This document shows, piece by piece, positions 38,670 to 48,346 of a stretch of DNA of 64,000 nucleotides; position 1 is the stretch's first letter, and every line of letters starts with the position of its first letter. Below the pieces are notes generated by a model that worked only from the letters and a program-made list of their open reading frames with translations, did not search any database and was not told where the DNA came from. The position numbers were made by a program, and so were the translations under genes. Origin of the DNA: an uncultured Gemmatimonadales bacterium (GTDB lineage: Bacteria; Gemmatimonadota; Gemmatimonadetes; Longimicrobiales; RSA9); NCBI GenBank assembly GCA_963798845.1, contig CAWCUS010000006.1:832001-896000 (forward strand). Reading direction: 5' to 3'.

Positions 38670-39389
38670 TTATTGCGGTGTAAACAGTTCTGCCACGAGG
38701 ACGGCTTCCTCTTCCGGGGTGGGCTCGTCCTCTTCATGGGACAGTCGCTGTCCTCTCAGGGGTTCGCCGACTGGCCTCAACCGCCTTCTTGCCGGGCGCG
38801 CTTCCGGGACGAGGGTCGGGTCGCGCCAGCGCCAGACCCACGCGCCCACGGCCCAGCTGATGACGAACGAGGCCATGACGTCGCTGAAGAAGTGGGCGTG
38901 TGCGGCGACACGTGTGAGAGCGCACCCCCACGCGAGCGCCCACCAGACGTAGCGCGAGCGGGGGAACAGCCGGGCGAGGATCGCTGCTGCCGTGAAGGCC
39001 ACGAGGGCGTGGCTGGACGGGAGTGCGAGGCCGCCGTTGAAGAGGGGCCGATCGGAGAACGGGCGGAACACGTAGAGGCCCAGCTCGCCCGGGCGCTGGC
39101 GCCGGAGCACGAGCTTGAGGAGCTCCGCGGCGATCCCGCCGAAGGCAGCGCCGAAGAAGAGGAGGCCGGCTCGGGAGCGGTGGAGCCGTCGTCCGGGGGT
39201 TCGGTCCTGCAGGGCGAGTGCGGTCGCAGCCACGATCCAGGTGGGGAGGAACCCCTGGATTCGGAGGAATCGTCCCCAATCCGTGGCGTAGACGTCCACC
39301 ATCTGGAAATGATGGAACGCCCACGCATCGAGGAGCGAGGCGAAGGCGAAGAGGGCCAGGCCCGCAAACAGCAGCCGCGCCGTTTTCAT
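38670..39389 (-). CDS. PAP2 family phosphatase
   Basis: KLVLRRQRP, PSSH, TRVAAHAHFFSD. Confidence 0.88.
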   Translation of the reverse strand: MKTARLLFAGLALFAFASLLDAWAFHHFQMVDVYATDWGRFLRIQGFLPTWIVAATALALQDRTPGRRLHRSRAGLLFFGAAFGGIAAELLKLVLRRQRPGELGLYVFRPFSDRPLFNGGLALPSSHALVAFTAAAILARLFPRSRYVWWALAWGCALTRVAAHAHFFSDVMASFVISWAVGAWVWRWRDPTLVPEARPARRRLRPVGEPLRGQRLSHEEDEPTPEEEAVLVAELFTPQ

Positions 39390-39551
39390 GGAACGTGAAG
39401 GTCGCGCCGAGGCGCGGGCGGCGCAACGCAGGCAGTCACTGGCCGGCCGATCGCGGATCGGGGCCGCGAACGCGGCCGCCCTCCAATCAAACGCAGGCCC
39501 ATTTCCCGGCCCATTTCCGCGGGCCGTGACCGGCGTGGCGTGGGCACCGGG

Positions 39552-41021
39552 TCAGAAGAGGCCGACCCGCCCGCGGACGGAGTCGATGAGCCGTGCGGGG
39601 TCGTAGCCGACCCCCTGCTTGAACACCATTTCCACGTGGCGGATGTCGGCGATGTCGGCGGCCGGGTTCCCATCGATGACTACGAGGTCCGCCTGCTTGC
39701 CGGGCGCGATGCTGCCGACGCGGTCCGCGCGTCCCAGATAGAGGGCGCCGTTCAGTGTGCCGATCCGGATCGCTTCGACGGGCGTGAACCCTTCCTCCAC
39801 GAGCAGCTCGAGGGCGCGCTGATTGGAGAAGCCGGGCACGACTCCGCCATAGCCGGTGGGGTCGGTGCCGACGAGCAGCAGGCCGCCTGCGCGGACGAAG
39901 GCGCGCTCGAGCGCGCCTACCTTGGGGAAAAGGGTGGAATAGACGGACGCCGTGTCCGCGGCGATGCGGCGGTAGGTCTGTTCGAACTGCTGGCGCAGGA
40001 TCGGGTCGAGCACCTCGAGGCCGGGCGGCCGGGGGCGCCCGGGGGTGAACGTCTCGAAGACGGTGGGGGTGGAGGTGACGGCCACGTGGTGGCGGACCAG
40101 GTCGGCGATGAGCGACTGGAAGGCGGAGTCGCCCGGCTGGACGCGCACGAGCGCGGCCATTCCTTCTCGCTGGCCGGGGCACTCGTCCGGCGCTTTGCCT
40201 GGGACGAAGTCGGTAGAGACGTAGAACCCGTGCTCGAGGTCGTCGATCCCGAGCTCCGCGGCCTCGCGGTACGTGATGGAGCAGAGGTGCCCGGTCACCT
40301 TCATGCCGCGGGCGTGGGCTGCCTGGAGCGCCGCCGCCAGCTCCGCCCGCGTGATGTGCATGTACGCCTTGAGCGACGTGGCGCCGGCGTCCGCCCAGAA
40401 GTCCACCATGCGACGCGCGTCCGCGGGACCGGTGAGGGCGTGGACCTGGTCCAGCGGCAGCCCCGGCCCTTCGAGGTAAGGCGCCGTGGCGTCGATCCAG
40501 GGACCGGGCTTCTCTCCCGCCTCGATATCGCGCGCGATTGTCAGCTCGCCGTAGCCGTTCATGTTGCCGGCCGTGCGCATGGAAGTGACGCCGCCGGCCA
40601 GGTAGAGCCGGGTGAAGCTCTCGCTCAGGTTCGCGTACACCCCCGGCCCGGTCGGGTAATACAGGTGCTCGTGCACCATGACCAGCCCGGGGATCAGCGT
40701 CTTCCCTGTGAGGTCCACGACCTTTGCGTCGGCGGGGATGGCCACCGATCCGGTCGACCCGATGGCGACGACACGTCCGTCCCGGACCAGAACCGTCCGA
40801 TCCGCCATTGGCGCCGCCCCCGTTCCATCGATGACGCGGGCGTGGGTGAAGGCCACCACGGGTGTGTCCACCGCCACGTACCGGCGCACGGTCTCCGAGA
40901 GCGCCGGCCGGTCACCGCGCTGCGCCGGAGCCGGCGCCGGAGCCTGACCGGATGCCTGCGCGGGGAGGGAGGTCGCCAGCGCGAGGACGAAGGCGAACGG
41001 GGTCGAGGCGAGTCGTCGCAT
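39552..41021 (-). CDS. Secreted amidohydrolase family protein
   Basis: IPGLVMVHEH, GVTSMRTAG, VTGHL, LEHG, VGTD, GKQADLVV. Confidence 0.88.
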   Translation of the reverse strand: MRRLASTPFAFVLALATSLPAQASGQAPAPAPAQRGDRPALSETVRRYVAVDTPVVAFTHARVIDGTGAAPMADRTVLVRDGRVVAIGSTGSVAIPADAKVVDLTGKTLIPGLVMVHEHLYYPTGPGVYANLSESFTRLYLAGGVTSMRTAGNMNGYGELTIARDIEAGEKPGPWIDATAPYLEGPGLPLDQVHALTGPADARRMVDFWADAGATSLKAYMHITRAELAAALQAAHARGMKVTGHLCSITYREAAELGIDDLEHGFYVSTDFVPGKAPDECPGQREGMAALVRVQPGDSAFQSLIADLVRHHVAVTSTPTVFETFTPGRPRPPGLEVLDPILRQQFEQTYRRIAADTASVYSTLFPKVGALERAFVRAGGLLLVGTDPTGYGGVVPGFSNQRALELLVEEGFTPVEAIRIGTLNGALYLGRADRVGSIAPGKQADLVVIDGNPAADIADIRHVEMVFKQGVGYDPARLIDSVRGRVGLF

Positions 41022-41204
41022 GGGCGGGTCGCGGTTGTGGGTTCGAGGAGCGGCGGCCGGTTCGGGCCCCCCGCCGAAGCTGGAACGGGTCGGGAGCGTG
41101 CGCAAGCGGCCGGCGGGACGGCAGGGACCCCGGGCGCAGCCCCCTTGCGGCCGTCGCGCCGGCCGCCCATCAGTGCGATTCCCCCTGCTCTCCCGGAGGC
41201 CCCC

Positions 41205-42497
41205 ATGCCGAGCCGTCCCCCGTCGCGATCTCTGACCCCGCTGTATCCGACGCGCATGACGTTCGTCCTGCCGGTGGCGCTCGCGGCCGCCGCGGCGCTC
41301 GTGCTGGCCGCGGCCGCGCTCCCGTCCCCGGCGGTCGCCCAGCGCCCCGATGGCCGGGCGGTCGAGCTCCCGCCCGGTCCCGGTCGCGAGATCGTGCAGT
41401 CGGTATGCGCCTCGTGCCATGGGCTGGAGCGGGTCACGTCCGACGGATACACGCGCGAGGGGTGGCTGCGGCTGTTCGGGACGATGGTGGACCTGAATCC
41501 GGATCAGGCGAGCCGGGTGGCCGACTACCTGGCTGCGAACTTTCCGGAGAAGCCCAAGCCGCACCCCGCGCTGGTGCCCGGGGCGGTGAAGGTTTCGTTC
41601 CGGGAGTGGGATCTGCCGACGAAGGGTTCCCGTCCGCACGACCCTCTGGCCACGTCCGACGGCGCCATCTGGTACACCGGCATGATGTCCAACACGCTGG
41701 GCCGCGTGGACCCCGGGACCGGTCAAATCAGGGAGTACCCGCTGCCGCGGCCGGGCTCCGGACCGCACGGCCTGACCGCCGACGCCCGGGGGCGGATCTG
41801 GTTCACGGCGAACCGCGCCGGCTACATCGGTCGGCTCGACCCGGCCACGGGCGAGGTGACCGAGCATCCAGTGGACGCCCGTGACCCGCACACGCCCCTC
41901 TTCGACCCTGCCGGCCAGCTGTGGTTCACGGCTCAGGGCGCGAACGAGGTGGGCCGGCTCGACCCGGCCACCGGCAGGGCGGAGATCGTGAAGCTGCCGA
42001 CGCCCCGGTCCAACCCGTATGGCCTCGTGATGGATTCCCGGGGCCGGCCGTGGTTCGCGGAGTTCGGCGGAAATCGCATCGGCACCATCGACCCGGAGAC
42101 CCTGGCGCTGCGGGAGCTCGCTCTCCCGTCGGCCGAGGCGCGCCCGCGTCGAATCGCCATCGATGATGACGACGTGCTCTGGTACACCGACTTCGCCCGT
42201 GGCTATCTGGGACGGGTCGAGCCGGTCACGGGGGAGGTGGAGGAGTGGCAGTCGCCCAGCGGAGACCGGGCGAGACCGTACGCCATCGCGGTCACACGGG
42301 GCGCCGTGTGGTACGTCGAGACGGGCGTGGTGCCGAACGCGCTGGTCCGTTTCGACCCGGCCAGCGCCACTTTCCAATCCTGGCCGATCCCGGCAGGCGG
42401 CGGCGTGGTCCGGAACATGGTGCGCACGCGCACGGGGGACCTCGCGATCGCGGAAAGCGCGCTGAACAAGGTGGGGCTGGTCACGATCGCGCCCTGA
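41205..42497 (+). CDS. Cytochrome c domain fused to a virginiamycin B lyase (Vgb)-like beta-propeller
   Basis: RBS ggagg, signal peptide, CASCH, then repeated PHD/PHG..G.IW(Y/F)T..GRLDP.TG blades. Confidence 0.85.
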   Translation: MPSRPPSRSLTPLYPTRMTFVLPVALAAAAALVLAAAALPSPAVAQRPDGRAVELPPGPGREIVQSVCASCHGLERVTSDGYTREGWLRLFGTMVDLNPDQASRVADYLAANFPEKPKPHPALVPGAVKVSFREWDLPTKGSRPHDPLATSDGAIWYTGMMSNTLGRVDPGTGQIREYPLPRPGSGPHGLTADARGRIWFTANRAGYIGRLDPATGEVTEHPVDARDPHTPLFDPAGQLWFTAQGANEVGRLDPATGRAEIVKLPTPRSNPYGLVMDSRGRPWFAEFGGNRIGTIDPETLALRELALPSAEARPRRIAIDDDDVLWYTDFARGYLGRVEPVTGEVEEWQSPSGDRARPYAIAVTRGAVWYVETGVVPNALVRFDPASATFQSWPIPAGGGVVRNMVRTRTGDLAIAESALNKVGLVTIAP

Positions 42498-42547
42498 CGC
42501 GGATCGCCGACGGCGGACGACCGCGGCCCCGGCCGCCGAGCGCTGCC

Positions 42548-43822
42548 TCAGCCGGCGGGGGCGGCCTCCACCCGCTCGCGCAGGAGGTGGTACGCCGTGG
42601 CGTGGGCCTCCTGGATGCGCGGGATGTGCTGCGACGGAGCGATGACGACATGGTCCGCCAGCCGTTCCGCCGCGATCCGGCCGCCCTCGTAGCCAACGAA
42701 CGCGAGCGTCGCGATGCCGCGGCGACGCGACTCCTGGAGCGCGCGCACGATGTTGCGGGAGTCGCCGCTGGTGGAGAAGGCGAGGGCGACGTCGCCCTCG
42801 CGGCCGTGGGCTATGACCTGGCGTGCGAAGATGGACTCGGTGCCCACGTCGTTGGCGATGGCGGTCAGGATGGATGCGTCCTCCGTGAGGTCGAGCGCCC
42901 GCCGGGCCGGCCACCCTTGCGGCGCACTGCGGAAGTCGGCCACCACGTCCATGGCGTCCGTGGCCGAGCCGCCGTTGCCGAACGCGAGGATGCGGCCGCC
43001 TCTCCCGAGCGCGGCGCGAACTGCGTCGGCCGCGGCCTCGATATCCGCCGCCCCCACCATCGCCTCCCTGAGCGCGCCTACCTCCTCGGCCTTCATGAGC
43101 ACAGAGCGGCGGACGTCCTCGAGCACCGCCTCGAGGTCCTGCTCCTGCTCGCGGAGGAAGGGGTAGAGGAAGCTGGAGGCGCCGGCGTCGTGCGCGGCCT
43201 CCACGGTGCGCCCTTCGAGAAGGCCCCTGTGCTCGAAGAAGACGTGGACCAGCTCCCAGAGCACGTGGTATAGCGTCTCCACGAGCTCCTGCTGGACGAA
43301 CGGGTCGGGAGACGGCGGAGACAGCTCCCACTCCGACCCCGTCCCGCCGAACCCGATGGAGAGGGCGCCGCGCGCGCGAGCCAGCGCGCTCACCTCCCCG
43401 AGCGGGGCCGCGTCGGTCTCCGGCCCGAAGATCATGAGCATGTCGTCGGGCTCGAGGAGCGTGTCCACCTGCACGTCGAGCGCGCCGCCGTCCGCCGTGA
43501 GCCCCAGGGCGGGAAGCGCTCGCTTGCCGACGATCACCGGGTGGACGAACTCAACGGCGACGTGCCGGGCATCCGAGCGTGCGGCGGGTGAGGCACCGGC
43601 GGCGAGGAGCCGGCCGCCGCGGGCGAAGCGCTCCGCCATTCCGTGGCAGAGCCGCGCGATCCGGGACGCTTCGGCGTGGAAGAAGTCGGAATTCGCCGCC
43701 GTCCTCCGCGCGACCGCATTGGCAAGCGAGGTCGCGGCGGTCGCGGCGGACGCGACGGACGCGGCGGGCGCGGCGGGCACGGCCTGCCCGGCGGCGCGGG
43801 GGCTGCCCGTGCGGGTGCTCAC
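42548..43822 (-). CDS. Tandem SIS-domain (GmhA-like) protein of hhy clusters
   Basis: HVAVEFVHPVIVGKRALPA, GNGGSATDA, TAIANDVG, STSG, RIQEAH. Confidence 0.85.
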   Translation of the reverse strand: MSTRTGSPRAAGQAVPAAPAASVASAATAATSLANAVARRTAANSDFFHAEASRIARLCHGMAERFARGGRLLAAGASPAARSDARHVAVEFVHPVIVGKRALPALGLTADGGALDVQVDTLLEPDDMLMIFGPETDAAPLGEVSALARARGALSIGFGGTGSEWELSPPSPDPFVQQELVETLYHVLWELVHVFFEHRGLLEGRTVEAAHDAGASSFLYPFLREQEQDLEAVLEDVRRSVLMKAEEVGALREAMVGAADIEAAADAVRAALGRGGRILAFGNGGSATDAMDVVADFRSAPQGWPARRALDLTEDASILTAIANDVGTESIFARQVIAHGREGDVALAFSTSGDSRNIVRALQESRRRGIATLAFVGYEGGRIAAERLADHVVIAPSQHIPRIQEAHATAYHLLRERVEAAPAG

Positions 43823-44514
43823 GCGGGCTGCCGGCGCCTGCTACGCGATCTGGCATGAAGCTGCACCAGCCACTCGGCCCACGCAGCCACGCCTTCCCCG
43901 GTGCGGGCGCTGACCCTCAGACGGGGCACGCCCGGGTGGACGGCACCGAGCGCGGCCTCGAGGCGCGGGAGGTCGAAATCGAGGTGTGGGAGGAGGTCCA
44001 CCTTGTTGATCAGGACCAGGTCCGAAGTGCGGAACATGAGCGGGTACTTGAGCGGCTTGTCCTCCCCCTCGGTGACCGAGATGGCCATGACGCGCGCATC
44101 CTCCCCGATGCGGAACTCAGCGGGACACACCAGGTTACCCACGTTCTCGACGATGAGCAGGTCGATGGCGCCGAGGGGGAGCGCGTCGAGGGCGGAGCGG
44201 ACCATGTTGGCGTCCAGGTGGCACTCGCCGCCGAAGCCTGGATCCGTGTTGATCTGTGCGACGTGGACGTGGAACGGCATGAGCCGTTCGGCGTCGAGCT
44301 GTCCCTGCACGTCGCCTTCGAGGATCCCGATTTCGAGGCGGTCCTGGACGAGGGGAAGGACCCGCTCCAGGAGGGCCGTCTTCCCTGAGCCCGGGGCGCT
44401 CATGAAGTTGACGACGGTCACGTCGGTGCGGTCGAAGTCGGCGCGGTTGGCGCGGGCGATCGTGTTATTGGCGTCGAGGGCGTCCTCGGCGACGCGGATG
44501 CGCTTGAGGTGCAT
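43819..44514 (-). CDS. hypB: Hydrogenase nickel incorporation GTPase HypB
   Basis: SAPGSGKT, ECHLDA, ENVGNLVCPAEF, GEDKPLKYP, NKVD. Confidence 0.96.
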   Translation of the reverse strand: MHLKRIRVAEDALDANNTIARANRADFDRTDVTVVNFMSAPGSGKTALLERVLPLVQDRLEIGILEGDVQGQLDAERLMPFHVHVAQINTDPGFGGECHLDANMVRSALDALPLGAIDLLIVENVGNLVCPAEFRIGEDARVMAISVTEGEDKPLKYPLMFRTSDLVLINKVDLLPHLDFDLPRLEAALGAVHPGVPRLRVSARTGEGVAAWAEWLVQLHARSRSRRRQPA

Positions 44515-44610
44515 TCTTCCGTGCTCCGTGCTCAGCTATTGACCGTTGCGTTCCGGACCGGCGTGCGGTCCATCTCCCCTCCCTGACCGACGGGTCGGCG
44601 TTCGCCGGTG

Positions 44611-44766
44611 CTACATCCGCTCGATGTTCATGTACCGGCGCAGCGCCGGGAGCTCGGCCCTGAACGCGCGCGCCGCAAGGTAGACCACCCCGAGGAGCAC
44701 CATCTTGCTGAGCCAGCTTCCGTGGTCGCGGTCACCGGCATCTTCCCGCCCATTGTCCTTCTTCAT
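44611..44766 (-). CDS. Small 51-aa membrane protein (DUF6893-like) of hhy clusters
   Basis: Not in the track. MKKDNGREDAGDRDHGSWLSKMVLLGVVYLAARAFRAELPALRRYMNIERM: one TM helix and a PxLRRYxxIxxM C-terminus. Confidence 0.65.
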   Translation of the reverse strand: MKKDNGREDAGDRDHGSWLSKMVLLGVVYLAARAFRAELPALRRYMNIERM

Positions 44767-44769
44767 GGG

Positions 44770-45564
44770 TCACCCGTCCAGTTCGAGGATTTCCGAAAGC
44801 AGCGTCGCGACCTGAGCCATGGCGACATCCACGGCGGCGGCCACTGCCGGGCTGAGCTCTCCGAGGATCTCATCCGCGCTCGGGTCGGGGACAACGGCCG
44901 GCTCGCAGCCTACGACCAGGACCCGGTCCGGGAGTGGTCCGAGGGCGCGGGCGAACGCCAGAACGCGAACCGGGTCCATGCCGTGGGTGTCCACGCCCAC
45001 CGGCCCCTCCTCGGCCACTTCCGCTTCGATGACGTACACGGTGCCCGGCGGCCGGCCGCGCGGCACCGCATCGACGAAGATGACCGTGCCGTAGTCGCGC
45101 AGCGCGTAGGCCAGGTCCATCCCCCGGATCCCGAAGTCGCGCACCGTGGCCCCGGCCGGGAGCCCGCGGGCGGCGAGCTTCCGGGCGACGCACACGCCGA
45201 AGCCATCGTCGCCCAGGAACACGTTCCCGATTCCGGCCACCAGGACGCGGTGGAGTGGCAGCGGCTGCACCTCCCGGGCGCGGAAATAGAAGCGGTGCCC
45301 GGGATGGCGGGCCAGGCCGAGGTCGCGGCCGGGGTCGTCTTCCACGGCGACAGCGACGTGGACACCGCCCTCGTCGTCCTCATCAATGCCCTCGATCACT
45401 GCAACGCGTCCGGCCAGCGCGAGGTCCATGATGTCGCCGCCCGGGTCGGGTCTGAGCCGTACACGGCTTCCACGCCGCAGCTCGACGCCCTCGACGGTGA
45501 CGCTTTCAGGGCCCGGTCGCTCCATCTCCGCCCAGAACGCCATCGGGTCCCGGGGCGGCTGCAT
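44770..45564 (-). CDS. Hydrogenase maturation protease with an N-terminal accessory domain
   Basis: GIGNVFLGDDGFG, VDA, THGM, VGCEP; preceded by GSRVRLRP..DDPGRDLG..F. Confidence 0.9.
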   Translation of the reverse strand: MQPPRDPMAFWAEMERPGPESVTVEGVELRRGSRVRLRPDPGGDIMDLALAGRVAVIEGIDEDDEGGVHVAVAVEDDPGRDLGLARHPGHRFYFRAREVQPLPLHRVLVAGIGNVFLGDDGFGVCVARKLAARGLPAGATVRDFGIRGMDLAYALRDYGTVIFVDAVPRGRPPGTVYVIEAEVAEEGPVGVDTHGMDPVRVLAFARALGPLPDRVLVVGCEPAVVPDPSADEILGELSPAVAAAVDVAMAQVATLLSEILELDG

Positions 45565-46652
45565 CAGCCCTCCTCCTCGCCCGCCGGGCGGGCCACGCCT
45601 CGCGCGGGCCGGAGGTCGCGAAACGTGCCGTGGAGCCCCATGCGCTGGTGCGGCGTGAGGCTCTCGGTCCGCTCCAGGATCTGGCGGGTGCGCGGGTCGG
45701 CCGCGCGCATCTCCTCATGCTCCTCGTCCGTGAGGCCGAGGATGCTGAGGACCAGCAGCTCGTCGATCTCCCCGCCGTCGAAAAGGTCGCCCGGGCTCTC
45801 GGGTGCGACACGCGGGTGGTCGGAGAGGATGATCGGGGACACGAGCAGGCGGTCCGTGCTCCCGGGCTCGCCCACGAGCACCGGCCACCATCCCCCGTTC
45901 CGGCAGCCATCTGCGGCCGACCGCAGGTGCGCGGGCGGGTCGGTCAGCGAGATGAAGCGGGCGCCGTGAGCGTGCAGGACGAGGTGCGCCGAGATGAAGG
46001 CGGAGCGGAGGGCCGAGGCGCGCTCGTCGCCAGTCCACGGGGTCGTGTTGCGCACGGTCATGGTCAGCCTGGCGACGCGGCTCCCGGCGCCCGCCAGGTT
46101 TGCATCGAGGAGCTGCGTCCGGACCTCCATCCGCCCTTCGAGACGGGCCCAGCTGCGCACGACGGAGCCGGCGCGCCGCCCCGCCGCCGCCGTGATCGGC
46201 TCCTCCACTTCACCGGCCTCGATCCGGATCCGGCTCGCGACCGCGTCCGGCCGGGCCACGCGCACCCCTCGCAGGGCAGCTTCCCGCTCCATGGCTTCGT
46301 CCCAGGCGACGTGCCGCGCCCCGTCCACGACGACCTCGTCCACGAAGCGGGCATGACCCTGCTCTACCGCCGTCACCCGCCGCTGCACGACGTGGAGGAA
46401 ACGGACCCCCACGTCCACCGTGGGCGGCCTGCCGGCGGGAGTGTCCGGCACCTCCACCAGGCACTCGGCTCCGAGCTTCGGGGGGTCATCCGCGTGGTCG
46501 CGGTCGCTCCACCCGGGCGGGAACACGCACCCGAAGTTCCATCGCTTCTGGTTCTTCAGCGTGCTGCGCCGGTAGGGCCACAGCATGTAGCCCTCGTACA
46601 GCACCGCGCGCGCGATGTCGCGGACCGGATCCGTGGCGGTGAGCGTCATCAT
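45564..46652 (-). CDS. Conserved hhy-cluster hypothetical protein
   Basis: AVLYEGYMLWPYR, SPIILSDHPRVAPESPGDLFDGGEIDE, MRAADPR. Confidence 0.8.
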   Translation of the reverse strand: MMTLTATDPVRDIARAVLYEGYMLWPYRRSTLKNQKRWNFGCVFPPGWSDRDHADDPPKLGAECLVEVPDTPAGRPPTVDVGVRFLHVVQRRVTAVEQGHARFVDEVVVDGARHVAWDEAMEREAALRGVRVARPDAVASRIRIEAGEVEEPITAAAGRRAGSVVRSWARLEGRMEVRTQLLDANLAGAGSRVARLTMTVRNTTPWTGDERASALRSAFISAHLVLHAHGARFISLTDPPAHLRSAADGCRNGGWWPVLVGEPGSTDRLLVSPIILSDHPRVAPESPGDLFDGGEIDELLVLSILGLTDEEHEEMRAADPRTRQILERTESLTPHQRMGLHGTFRDLRPARGVARPAGEEEG

Positions 46653-47305
46653 GCCTCCTCGGCCGGGAGCAGGCGCTCGAGCGCCGCCTCCCACGTGGGC
46701 GGCGACTGGACGGAGCGGAACGCGTCGAGGCGGTCGAAGACGTCCCGCCTGACGCGCAGCCAGGCCGTGTTGGGGTAGTAGTGGTCCATGAGCTCGTGCC
46801 AGAGCCGCGCGGGCATGGCGAAGCGCGCCTCCCGATCCCAGGGAAGCCGGATCATGCGGAGCTCCCCGCCCACGTCGGCGTAGAACACGCTGCCGCTGAA
46901 GAGCAGCTCGAGCGGGATCTCGCCATCCCGCACGGCGTTCAGGTACTTCGAGGCCACCACGTCGAAGTCGTAGCCGCACGGAACTCGCAGCGAGACCGTG
47001 GTGCGGCGGTCGAATGCAGGCACGACCATCGTGGTCTGGGACCAGAGCAGGCTGCGGAGGTTGCGGCCCCAGTCTCCCGGCTCGCCGAAGAGCTCACGCA
47101 GCCCGGACGCCGGGTCGGAACCGTAGCCGCGCTCCCCGGCCATTATGCGGATCTGCGCGTTCATCACGATGGAGCGGACCTCCGCCTCGCCCGCGTCCAC
47201 GCGGAGCCGCAGCTCCAGCATGGGCACCGCGGCGTGCCGCACGACCCCGGCCGACTCGACGGCGAACGAGAGCTCGGGCCGCGCGGCCACCGTCCGCGGG
47301 CTCAT
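46649..47305 (-). CDS. DUF6084 family hydrogenase-associated protein
   Basis: ELFG..W, VPCGYDFDV, PLELLFSG, PWDREA, YYPN. Confidence 0.82.
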   Translation of the reverse strand: MSPRTVAARPELSFAVESAGVVRHAAVPMLELRLRVDAGEAEVRSIVMNAQIRIMAGERGYGSDPASGLRELFGEPGDWGRNLRSLLWSQTTMVVPAFDRRTTVSLRVPCGYDFDVVASKYLNAVRDGEIPLELLFSGSVFYADVGGELRMIRLPWDREARFAMPARLWHELMDHYYPNTAWLRVRRDVFDRLDAFRSVQSPPTWEAALERLLPAEEA

Positions 47306-47520
47306 GCCGGAGACAGGTTCGGCATGTCCGGGAGGATCGCGTCGCTGGAATCCGGATTGATGCCCGTGGAGCGGCGCGCGGTGGAGCGGCCGTCCGCGAG
47401 GTGGCCTTTCATCGCATCGTAGCTCCCCTTGGCGTTCCCCTGGCCCACACCCTTCACGTGCGAAGGCTTGTCGGGCGACGTGTCCGCCTTGCCGACCTGC
47501 AGGTTGTGCTTCATCGACAT
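47302..47520 (-). CDS. Small conserved hhy-cluster protein (72 aa)
   Basis: PSHVKGVGQGN..STARRSTGINP..MPNLSPA; RBS and ATGA coupling. Confidence 0.7.
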   Translation of the reverse strand: MSMKHNLQVGKADTSPDKPSHVKGVGQGNAKGSYDAMKGHLADGRSTARRSTGINPDSSDAILPDMPNLSPA

Positions 47521-47521
47521 C

Positions 47522-48346
47522 TCAATCCTCCCCCGCTGTCGTGGTCATCTCCCCGTGTACCGGCCCTGGCGCCGCCTCGCCGTCGTGCTTGCCCGGGCGG
47601 GTCGAATCACGCCCGTCCAGCGCTCGGAAGAACCGCTCGAGCCGCTCCCAGACCTCGCTGCCACCGCCCAGCCCCTTCCAGCTTTCCCGGATCAGCGCCA
47701 CCAGCTCGTAGCACACGTCCACCGGCACCAGCCAGTACGACGGCGACCCGTCGCCGGTGCGGTTCGCCAGCAGCGCCTCCACGTCCTCTTCCATCCCGCC
47801 CAGCGCCGGGTTCCGCTCCACCAGCTCCTGCCACCGGGCAAGCTCCAGGCGCGACTCGACGGCACCCATCGGACCGGGATAGAACGCCACCACTCTTCCC
47901 ACGGCGCTGTCGTGGAAGAAGAAGGCCATGTCGACCGGGACCTGGAACGCCCGCCACAGCGGGTCGGGAAGGTCGAACTCGTCCAGGCGAACCACGCGAT
48001 CCGGGACCAGCCGGTAATGGCCCCAACCCGCCTCCCGCCGGTCGAACAGGATGGAGCATGCGTGGCAGACGCAGCGGAGCCCCCGCTCCTCCAGGTCGAC
48101 CAGGTGGCGGTGGCGCTCCGCGATCGGCTCCGAACACAGCTCGCAGCGGAGGCCCGGTTCCGTTTCGGGCGCCGCCGCCGCCACCACGGGCCTCCGGACC
48201 GCGGCGAGCATCCCCTCCACTTCCGCCGCCATCCCGGCTCCACGAGCCGGCGGTGGGCGGCCGGTGCCGGGGACAGCGCTCGCCCGCCGGCGGCCGGTGG
48301 CCAGGTCGCGGAGGCGCGGTGAATCCAGGGAGGGGATCTGGCTCAC
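47522..48346 (-). CDS. DUF5947 family hydrogenase-associated protein
   Basis: CELC..H.H..CxCxxC, PVDMAFF, YPGPMGAVES, PVDVCYELV. Confidence 0.85.
   Translation of the reverse strand: MSQIPSLDSPRLRDLATGRRRASAVPGTGRPPPARGAGMAAEVEGMLAAVRRPVVAAAAPETEPGLRCELCSEPIAERHRHLVDLEERGLRCVCHACSILFDRREAGWGHYRLVPDRVVRLDEFDLPDPLWRAFQVPVDMAFFFHDSAVGRVVAFYPGPMGAVESRLELARWQELVERNPALGGMEEDVEALLANRTGDGSPSYWLVPVDVCYELVALIRESWKGLGGGSEVWERLERFFRALDGRDSTRPGKHDGEAAPGPVHGEMTTTAGED

Noticed and set aside
39496..39520. Short direct repeat ggcccatttcc x2
   Set aside because: Only two copies, no supporting context.
39540..43331. 985-aa and 1259-aa overlapping ORFs
   Set aside because: Reciprocal antisense extensions typical of high-GC DNA; the real genes start at 41021 (-) and 41205 (+).
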